64,000 nt of DNA, from assembly GCA_003973385.1 (NCBI GenBank), contig QNYK01000062.1, forward strand, positions 81,763-145,762, in the 5' to 3' direction. This document shows positions 57,554-64,000 of the stretch, in pieces. This DNA is from Bacillota bacterium (GTDB lineage: Bacteria; Planctomycetota; UBA8108; UBA1146). The position numbers were made by a program, and so were the translations under genes. The notes under the pieces were generated by a model. The model did no database searches. It was not told where the DNA came from and was given only the letters and a program-made list of their open reading frames with translations. Each line of letters begins with the position of its first letter. Within the stretch, counting starts at the first letter, position 1.

Positions 57554-58087
57554 TCAGTCAGACTCGGACGAAGTGGGAGTGCCCCCCTCATCTTCGTCCT
57601 CCTCCTGCTCACCTGCTGGGGTCTCATCTTCGATATCATCTTCATCTGCCTTGACGACCCACACCTTTATCGTTGTTTCAAATTCAGGATGAACTCGAAC
57701 ATTCAGGTTATAGATTCCAAGTTCCTTGATCGGTTTTTCGAGTTCGATCAGGTCCGGGTCAAACTCGATACCATCGGCAGTAAGTTGGTCCGTGATGGTC
57801 TGCACTGTAACGGACCCGAACAGGTGCCCTTCTTCGGTGGCTCGAGCGATGACGGTGCAGGATGCTCCATCGATCGTCTCGGCGAGTGATCGCATCTCCA
57901 GGTTGCGTTCCGACTCTTCCTGTTCAAGACGACGCTTCTGAGCATCGATCCATTGCAGGTTTGCCTGCCCCATCTCGACACCGATTCCCTGGGGTATCAG
58001 GTAGTTACGAGCGTAGCCTGGCTTGACGTCGATCACGTCACCGATCTCGCCCAGGTCGCTGATGGTCTTCTTGAGAAACAATTTCAT
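57554..58087 (-). CDS. rplI: 50S ribosomal protein L9 with an acidic C-terminal tail
   Basis: MKLFLKKTISDLGEIGDVIDVKPGYARNYLIPQG canonical N-domain. Confidence 0.9.
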   Translation of the reverse strand: MKLFLKKTISDLGEIGDVIDVKPGYARNYLIPQGIGVEMGQANLQWIDAQKRRLEQEESERNLEMRSLAETIDGASCTVIARATEEGHLFGSVTVQTITDQLTADGIEFDPDLIELEKPIKELGIYNLNVRVHPEFETTIKVWVVKADEDDIEDETPAGEQEEDEDEGGTPTSSESD

Positions 58088-58154
58088 CGATTTGTCTCCA
58101 TTTGCCGTCCGTCTATCGACAGTCCGACTCTTTCAATTTCGACTGATAACAAGA

Positions 58155-58361
58155 TCACTGCCCGTAGGGTAGCAAGGCCATGTACCTGGCCTGGTGAACA
58201 GCACGCTTGATGCGGTGCTGCATCCGGGAATCACAACCGATCTGACGCCGGGAGGTCAGTTTGCCCCCACCGGTCAGAACCTTGTGAAGTAAATCAACAT
58301 CCTTGTAGTCGATGTAATTCATATCAGCGACCACGGATTTCTTTTCTCTACGTCCAAACAT
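58155..58361 (-). CDS. rpsR: 30S ribosomal protein S18
   Basis: YIDYKDVDLL..TGGGKL..RRQIG......R..IKRA...ALLPY signature. Confidence 0.9.
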   Translation of the reverse strand: MFGRREKKSVVADMNYIDYKDVDLLHKVLTGGGKLTSRRQIGCDSRMQHRIKRAVHQARYMALLPYGQ

Positions 58362-58378
58362 TGAGTTCTCTTTCTGCC

Positions 58379-58840
58379 CTAGAAGGGCACCTCGTCATTG
58401 AAGGGTTGGCCCTGAGGGAAACCATCGGATTCTCCGCCAGAACTTTGCTCTGCTGGAGTGGAGTAGCCGCCCTGTGAGGATCCGCTCTGTGGGGATCCTC
58501 CCTCGCTGGAGCGAGGCATGAAGTGGACTCGCTCAGCAACCACGGTCAATTTGTTGCGATTCTTGCCACTCTCCTTGTCGGCCCACTGGTCGTACTTGAG
58601 TCGCCCTTCGATAACGACCTGCTTCCCCTTGGAAAGATATTGATTGCAATTTTCTGCCTGGCGCCCCCAGACGGTGACGGTCACGAAACAGGTCTCCTCC
58701 TGCATCTGATCTTCGCCCTGTCGGCGATATCGACGATTGGATGCGATTCCAAGATCACAGACCGCGGTTCCCCCCGGAGTCATTCTCAAATCGGGATCCC
58801 GGGTCAGATTGCCAGCGATAAATACCCTGTTGATCTCCAT
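58379..58840 (-). CDS. ssb: Single-stranded DNA-binding protein
   Basis: OB-fold N-domain (MEINRVFIAGNLTRDPDLR..), Gly/Ser/Gln-rich linker, acidic C-terminal tip FNDEVPF. Start chosen at MEINRV; the upstream ORF extension overlaps rpsF. Confidence 0.9.
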   Translation of the reverse strand: MEINRVFIAGNLTRDPDLRMTPGGTAVCDLGIASNRRYRRQGEDQMQEETCFVTVTVWGRQAENCNQYLSKGKQVVIEGRLKYDQWADKESGKNRNKLTVVAERVHFMPRSSEGGSPQSGSSQGGYSTPAEQSSGGESDGFPQGQPFNDEVPF

Positions 58841-58856
58841 GAGGACCTCTTCTCGT

Positions 58857-59612
58857 TCAGTTGGTTTCTTCCTCGGTATTGACGACTTCCTCGGTATTGG
58901 CGACTTCCTCGGTATTGGCGACTTCCTCCACGGTTTCATCCGTCGCCGCATCGTCTTCGCCCTCTGTTGGCACCACCTCGCCCACGACTTCTGGATCAGA
59001 GACCTCGGCGCCGGAATCTGTCTCCTCAGATGCCTCAGCCTCGATGGGCTCTTCCTCGCTGGGCTCTTCTCCGTCGACCGCATCGGCTGTTTCAGGGGTG
59101 ACTACATCGAAAGTGTCCCCCTCGCTGGCAGCCATCGCGTCCTCGACGGCACCGTCAGGTTTGGGCACAGATTCGGCTTCAGGTTTGGCTTCAGATTCTG
59201 CTTCAGGTTTGGCTTCAGATTCTGCTTCAGGTTTGGCTTCAGATTCTGCTTCAGGTTTGGCCACAGCAACAGCGGCTGCGCGTGCAGCGGCTTCCTTGCG
59301 TTTGGCCATCTCCAGGTCGAGGAAATCCTCCTGGATGACCAGCATCCTCAATACATGCTCGTTGAGCTGGCCATCACTGCGTATCGCAGCAATCGCTCCC
59401 GTGTCTGAAGTGAAGTAGGCGAGGAAATAAACACCTCGCTTGATCCCCTTCACGGGATAGGCAAGCCGTTGTTCCGGCCACCTTTCTGAGTATTCGATGG
59501 TGGCGCCCTGCTGTTCAATCAAGCCCCGGATCTGATTCTCGATCTCGGCCCAATCGGTCGCAGCAGCCGCGGCATCGACGAGGAAAAGTCCCTCGTAAAG
59601 TCGTTCGGTCAA
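58857..59612 (-). CDS. rpsF: 30S ribosomal protein S6 with a ~150-aa acidic repetitive C-terminal extension
   Basis: S6 core (LYEGLFLV..., RLAYPVKG.KRG.YFL). Start proposed at TTG 59610-59612, preceded by a perfect AAGGAG Shine-Dalgarno. The tail contains KPEAESEA x4 and (A/V)NTEEV x3 repeats. Confidence 0.85.
   Translation of the reverse strand: MTERLYEGLFLVDAAAAATDWAEIENQIRGLIEQQGATIEYSERWPEQRLAYPVKGIKRGVYFLAYFTSDTGAIAAIRSDGQLNEHVLRMLVIQEDFLDLEMAKRKEAAARAAAVAVAKPEAESEAKPEAESEAKPEAESEAKPEAESVPKPDGAVEDAMAASEGDTFDVVTPETADAVDGEEPSEEEPIEAEASEETDSGAEVSDPEVVGEVVPTEGEDDAATDETVEEVANTEEVANTEEVVNTEEETN
58871..58930. repeat. 18-bp tandem repeat (~3.3 copies) within the rpsF 3' region (CGACTTCCTCGGTATTGG)
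   Basis: Read directly. Encodes the EEVANT repeats. Confidence 0.8.
59175..59262. repeat. 24-bp tandem repeat x ~3.7 within rpsF (GCTTCAGGTTTGGCTTCAGATTCT)
   Basis: Read directly. Encodes the KPEAESEA repeats. Confidence 0.85.
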
Positions 59613-59719
59613 GATGATCTCCTTAAGATCTGGATCAGCAGCCCCGCTCCCCCGATGACCGTCAGGGAATCTCCGCGAGCGCCGCACCCTGGTGTTACTC
59701 GTTCACTGGTGTTACGCGT

Positions 59720-60358
59720 TCAACTATCCTCGACCCCGTCAGGGATCTCGTCAGCCTGTTGAGGAAGCGGCCCATTGTAGCGGCGAGCCGCATTCGTTAC
59801 ACCCTCAACCAGCCAGCAAAGTACAGATTCGGACGCTCTTTTTTGTGACCGTTCAAATGCCTCCTTTTCCGCTCCATCCGGGCGATCCAGCACATGGTCC
59901 GAGACTGCCGTCGAGGTCCCGGGATGGCCGATTCCGATGCGACACCGGGGTATATCAGCGGTTCCGAGGGCCGAGATGATATCCTCGAGCCCCTTGTGCC
60001 CTCCCGAAGAGCCTCCAGCACGGATTCTGATCGATCCACAGTCCAGATCCAGATCGTCGATGACGACCAGGCACTGGCCCGGACTGATCGACATCGTTTC
60101 GAGGAAGAGACGCACAGGCTCGCCACTGAGATTCATGAACCGCATCGGCTTGAGGACATGAGTCTTGCGCCATTTCCAGGATCCGGACATCCACTGGGCA
60201 CCGGTGGCTTGACCTGATTCAGGGCGTCTGAGCCGGTCCGTGACCAGATCAGCGACGGCAAATCCAACATTGTGGCGGCTACCGACGTACTGATCGCCTG
60301 GATTGCCCAGGCCGATGACGACAAGAGGTTGCGACCGATCGGGTCCGGTTCGTCGCAT
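59720..60358 (-). CDS. pth: Peptidyl-tRNA hydrolase
   Basis: VIGLGNPGDQYVGSRHNVGF N-terminal signature. Confidence 0.9.
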   Translation of the reverse strand: MRRTGPDRSQPLVVIGLGNPGDQYVGSRHNVGFAVADLVTDRLRRPESGQATGAQWMSGSWKWRKTHVLKPMRFMNLSGEPVRLFLETMSISPGQCLVVIDDLDLDCGSIRIRAGGSSGGHKGLEDIISALGTADIPRCRIGIGHPGTSTAVSDHVLDRPDGAEKEAFERSQKRASESVLCWLVEGVTNAARRYNGPLPQQADEIPDGVEDS

Positions 60359-60390
60359 CGGCGCCCTTCCTCACCTGAAGCCGGGAGGAA

Positions 60391-60948
60391 TCAGCCTCCG
60401 CGGCGCCCATGAACGATGATGATCGGGGTTTCCGCTGGAAGTGTCGACTCGACACCTTCGGGCAGGTCGAGATCGCGCACACGGATGGATTCATCGGCAG
60501 CTAGATTCTCGATATTGACGACCAATTTGCTGCTCAGATCACTCAACTTTCCTCGAACTGGCATGTGATGGTAAGCGATATCGAGAGTTCCACCGGCGCT
60601 GGTCCCCTTGGCCACACCGATCGTCTGGATATGGATGGTGGATTCCACCACATCGTCCATCTTGACCCTGGCCAGATCAGCATGAATGGCATGATCACCG
60701 AATGTGTCGTACTGCACTTCCTTGACAAGCCCCAGTTCGGAGTGCCCATCACAATCGATCTGGAATAATCTGTGGCTATGCGCCAGGGCCTCGTAAAAGG
60801 CCGTCGAATCGACAGCCAGCTTCGAATTGGCCTGGCCATATCCATATACATTGACCGGCATCTGACCCGAGGCTCTCAGGATCCTCGCGGAACGGCTCCC
60901 CTTGTCGGAGGAGTCTCTGACCTTGCCCTCCATCACGAACTTCTCCAT
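60391..60948 (-). CDS. rplY: 50S ribosomal protein L25 / general stress protein Ctc
   Basis: Two-domain Ctc-form L25 (ARILRASGQMPVNVYG N-domain, C-terminal beta domain). Confidence 0.85.
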   Translation of the reverse strand: MEKFVMEGKVRDSSDKGSRSARILRASGQMPVNVYGYGQANSKLAVDSTAFYEALAHSHRLFQIDCDGHSELGLVKEVQYDTFGDHAIHADLARVKMDDVVESTIHIQTIGVAKGTSAGGTLDIAYHHMPVRGKLSDLSSKLVVNIENLAADESIRVRDLDLPEGVESTLPAETPIIIVHGRRGG

Positions 60949-60991
60949 CGCCTCGTCGCCTTTCAGCGTCCAGCTAGGCTGGACGGGTCAC

Positions 60992-61945
60992 TTAAAAGAT
61001 GTTTCGCCCAATCGAAGCTGACTTGTGAATCTGTCGGATCGAATTGGCGAAGGCCGGTGCACATGACAACAGTGTTACCCTATCATCGAATATCTTTCCG
61101 TCCACGGGAATGGTATCGACAACCGCAAACTCCTCCGCAGGACTGGCCTGAAGCCGCTCCACCGCAGGTCCACAGAACACAGGATGAGTGCATGCGAGAT
61201 ATACCGATTTTGCGCCCTTCTCGAGGATCAGATCGGCGGCCTTGGTGATCGAGCCACCGGTGGCGATGACATCGTCAGCGATGATCGCGTGAAGTCCTGC
61301 GACTTCTCCGATGATGAAACCGATCTCGGTCTCCTCCCCGCTCACTCGACGCTTATCGACGGTAGCCAATCGGGCTCCAAGTCCTCGGCTATACGCACGA
61401 GCCATCTTGATGGCTCCGACATCGGGACTCACCACGACCAGGTCGGTCATGTTCTTCTTGGCGTAGTGATCGATGATGATCGAACCTGCGTAGACATGAT
61501 CCACCGGGATATCGAAAAAGCCCTGGATCTGCTCACAATGCAGATCCATCGTCACGACACGATCTGCACCTGAAGCGACGATCAAGTTGGCGACAAGTTT
61601 GGCGGTGATCGGAACCCGTGCGCCCTGTTCACGTCTATCTTGACGGGCATATCCAAAGTATGGAATCACTGCAGTGATTCGCGCAGCAGATGATCGTTTG
61701 ACACAATCAATCATCACCAATAGTTCCATCAGGTTCTCATTGACGGGAGGGCAGGTGGATTGAACAACGAATACATCCTTACCCCGAACATCTTCCTCCA
61801 GAGTCACCGAGATCTCGCCATCCGGAAATCGAGTGACCTTGGCACTGCCACTATCGAGCCCCAACTCGGAACAGATTTTGTTCGCCAAGGCCCGGTTCGA
61901 GTTGCCACTGATGACCACCATGCGGTCTGAAAGTTTCTGGCTCAT
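60992..61945 (-). CDS. prs: Ribose-phosphate pyrophosphokinase
   Basis: PRPP-binding loop IIGEVAGLHAIIADDVIATGGSI, N-terminal FSGNSNRALA-like motif. Confidence 0.9.
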   Translation of the reverse strand: MSQKLSDRMVVISGNSNRALANKICSELGLDSGSAKVTRFPDGEISVTLEEDVRGKDVFVVQSTCPPVNENLMELLVMIDCVKRSSAARITAVIPYFGYARQDRREQGARVPITAKLVANLIVASGADRVVTMDLHCEQIQGFFDIPVDHVYAGSIIIDHYAKKNMTDLVVVSPDVGAIKMARAYSRGLGARLATVDKRRVSGEETEIGFIIGEVAGLHAIIADDVIATGGSITKAADLILEKGAKSVYLACTHPVFCGPAVERLQASPAEEFAVVDTIPVDGKIFDDRVTLLSCAPAFANSIRQIHKSASIGRNIF

Positions 61946-63261
61946 CGGATCTCTCTTTCATCATCACGAACATCGTCTGCAAGGTCCTGTTGCGATTTTC
62001 TCTCCCGTGCAGGAACACCCAGGACAGTCGTTCCTGGGTGGACATCCCTTCCGGGAGGAACCACCGCTCCTGCTGCCACCACGGCACCAGCACCGATGTT
62101 GCCCGGAGCCACGATGACGGAACCACTGCCGATGAATGCGTTCTCACCGATGGTAGTCGGAGACTTCTTAACCCCATCGTAATTTGCCACCACAGCTCCA
62201 GCTCCGATATTGGCTCCCGACTCGACTTTTGTATCGCCGAGATAGGCGAGGTGCTTGGCTCGAACTCCATCTGCAAGCTCGCTCCTGTTGATCTCGACGA
62301 AATCGCCCACCTTCACATCGTCACCGATCACGGTTCCGCCCCTGAGATGTGCAAAAGGGCCGATCTCACAACAGGTCCCCACCCGGACGCCTCGCCGGAT
62401 GATCGTCTGGGGATGGATCACGGTATCCTCACCGATCGACACCCCGAATTCGACCCAGGTCGTGGTCGGGTCGACAATCGTCACGCCTTGTTCCAGAAAC
62501 CGCTGCTGCAATCTGTCCTGAATAATTCTGGATACCCGAGCCAGTCCTACTCGATCGTTGACCTGAAGGAACTGGTGGTCGACTCCGACCCCTATCGCAT
62601 CGACGACCATCGATCTCTGAACCAGCACCTCGACCAGCCGGGTCAGGTAGCTCTCTCCTGCAGTTTCCTTGCCAGAGAGGTCCCCTGCCACCATCTCGTC
62701 GAGCACTGGTGTCACCATCTCTGCATCGAGCACGTACAGGCCCAGATTGACCTCGTCGATGGCGCGTTCAGTATCGGAGGCTTGTTCCTCTTCCACGATG
62801 GAGATGAAATCGCCTGTCTGATCGCGAACAATGCGCCCCATGCCGGTCGGATCCGCCACTCGCGCGGTCGCCACTGAAAAAGCCGACGAGCTCTTCCCGT
62901 GGTCCGCCACGAATGAAGCCAGCAGTGTGGGATCCAGATCAGGCAGATCCCCGTTGACGACCAGAACCTGCGCACAAGCGGGCGGCTGCTGTCGAAGTGC
63001 AGCCAGCAATGCGTCGGCGGTTCCGAGTTGTTGTTGCTGAATCGCAATTCGAATGGAAGAGTCGCCAAGGCAACCACGGACTTCATCGGCTCCATGCCCC
63101 AGGACCACTATCAGGTCAGCGGCACCAGCCTCGCGCACACTACCAGTGATCACCTCGATCATCGGAACACCAAGGATTTCATGGAGAACCTTGGGACGTT
63201 GAGACTTCATTCGCGACCCTCGTCCCGCAGCCAGCAAAATGGCGGAGAATTTCGGGTCCAT
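61942..63261 (-). CDS. glmU: Bifunctional UDP-N-acetylglucosamine pyrophosphorylase / glucosamine-1-phosphate N-acetyltransferase
   Basis: N-terminal LAAGRGSRMKS..PKVLH nucleotidyltransferase motif. C-terminal hexapeptide-repeat acetyltransferase domain. 4-nt overlap with prs. Start chosen at MDPKFSAIL. Confidence 0.9.
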   Translation of the reverse strand: MDPKFSAILLAAGRGSRMKSQRPKVLHEILGVPMIEVITGSVREAGAADLIVVLGHGADEVRGCLGDSSIRIAIQQQQLGTADALLAALRQQPPACAQVLVVNGDLPDLDPTLLASFVADHGKSSSAFSVATARVADPTGMGRIVRDQTGDFISIVEEEQASDTERAIDEVNLGLYVLDAEMVTPVLDEMVAGDLSGKETAGESYLTRLVEVLVQRSMVVDAIGVGVDHQFLQVNDRVGLARVSRIIQDRLQQRFLEQGVTIVDPTTTWVEFGVSIGEDTVIHPQTIIRRGVRVGTCCEIGPFAHLRGGTVIGDDVKVGDFVEINRSELADGVRAKHLAYLGDTKVESGANIGAGAVVANYDGVKKSPTTIGENAFIGSGSVIVAPGNIGAGAVVAAGAVVPPGRDVHPGTTVLGVPARERKSQQDLADDVRDDEREIR

Positions 63262-63352
63262 CGAAGCAGTCCTGTCTTGCTGCACCCTCAGGTTGGTAAT
63301 GGGTACAGATGTTGTAGCGATACATACGCCCATTGGTGGTCGTGACCAAGAA

Positions 63353-63427
63353 TGGCTACCCGGCGAGGACTCGAACCTCGAATGACTGGACCAAAACCAG
63401 TTGTGTTGCCAATTACACCACCGGGTA
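63353..63427 (-). tRNA. tRNA-Gln (anticodon UUG) with genomically encoded CCA
   Basis: Minus-strand cloverleaf: U1:A72 first pair and G73 discriminator (bacterial Gln identity), D-arm GTGT/ACAC, anticodon loop TTTTGGT, T-arm CGAGGTTCGAGTCCTCG, then CCA. Confidence 0.75.
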
Positions 63428-63539
63428 GCAACAGTCCGTTCCTGGAACGAGGACTCCCCCTCCATCGAAGCAGAGCCTGCTCGTCGCTGATTGATTCTAG
63501 CCTCGCACCGGATGGAGCGTCAATCGAGCCGGAGGGGTT

Positions 63540-63995
63540 TCAGGATAAAGCTCCGGATCCTGCCGGATCATGCGGAATGGGTTCCAGCACCGGGATCAGC
63601 AATGCTGACCAGGATTCCCAGCCAGGATCATCGGCGCACAGTTGCGTCAAAGGTAGCCACAACCCCTGCATCCGGTCCGTCTCTCTGATCTCTGGCGGAT
63701 GATCCAGTGTCGCCTCGATCGCCATCCCCAGGTGAACCCGTCCCACATCGGTCTCATCGTCATTGATCCAGCCGAGCAAACGAAACTGTCCCGGGGGGCG
63801 AAGCAGCCGCACCTCTTCCGCCAGTTCTCTCCTCATACCGCGCATCAGTAACGGTTCTGGACCCGCAGGCTCGGGATTGACATGGCCACCGACTCCGATC
63901 GAGTTCCGATGATGCAGCCGGGACTCTCCCTGGCTCGATAGCCGCCGCAGGCGCAGCACCCGGTCCCGATGGCGTAGCACGAGGTAAGGAATCAC
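63540..63995 (-). CDS. NUDIX-like hydrolase domain protein (N-terminus may lie beyond the window edge)
   Basis: Nudix-box-like GGHVNPEPAGPEPLLMRGMRRELAEEV. The ORF reaches the window boundary. Confidence 0.4.
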   Translation of the reverse strand: MIPYLVLRHRDRVLRLRRLSSQGESRLHHRNSIGVGGHVNPEPAGPEPLLMRGMRRELAEEVRLLRPPGQFRLLGWINDDETDVGRVHLGMAIEATLDHPPEIRETDRMQGLWLPLTQLCADDPGWESWSALLIPVLEPIPHDPAGSGALS

Positions 63996-64000
63996 CTGTT

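Noticed and set aside
58841-59083. N-terminal extension of the ssb ORF containing PIPRKS repeats
   Set aside because: It is the out-of-frame reading of the rpsF repeat region. SSB homology begins at MEINRV (58840).

Overview
High-GC bacterial chromosomal window, probably from the Planctomycetes/PVC group (abundant dockerin-type secreted proteins, single-chain GlyRS, LpxC-FabZ fusion). Most of it is conserved housekeeping DNA. (1) A long co-directional minus-strand block at 49-63.4 kb runs glmU-prs-rplY-pth-rpsF-ssb-rpsR-rplI-dnaB-skp-lpxC/fabZ-lpxA-oxidoreductase-rpsB-tsf-pyrH-frr, with tRNA-Gln, tRNA-Lys and tRNA-Glu. (2) A complete cell-shape cluster, mreB-mreC-mreD-mrdA(PBP2)-rodA, lies at 10.2-15.9 kb. 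(3) Other core genes include rho, gltX, ribE, aroD/E fusion, pgk, an IscS-like desulfurase, fadAB, glyQS, argS, mazG, moxR, prkA and an acyl-CoA dehydrogenase. Between these sit accessory-looking elements. The strongest candidate for an undescribed system is a two-gene operon at 18.6-20.4 kb: a MamK-family actin-like ATPase preceded by a linker/coiled-coil partner protein. It is a second actin-like cytoskeletal module in addition to MreB. There are no other recognisable magnetosome genes nearby, although mamI/mamL-size proteins could not be assessed. Four secreted proteins carry C-terminal type-I dockerin pairs followed by a conserved Cys tail. Three of them have cohesin-like N-terminal modules; the largest has three proprotein-convertase P-domains and two PKD domains. 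Further notable features: an intergenic 5 x 15-bp direct-repeat array in a divergent promoter region; Rho with an RG-rich disordered N-terminus; ribosomal proteins S6 and S2 with long low-complexity tails encoded by DNA tandem repeats; a Gfo/Idh/MocA oxidoreductase immediately downstream of lpxA (possible GnnA). Many antisense and overlapping ORFs in the six-frame track are high-GC artefacts and were not called.
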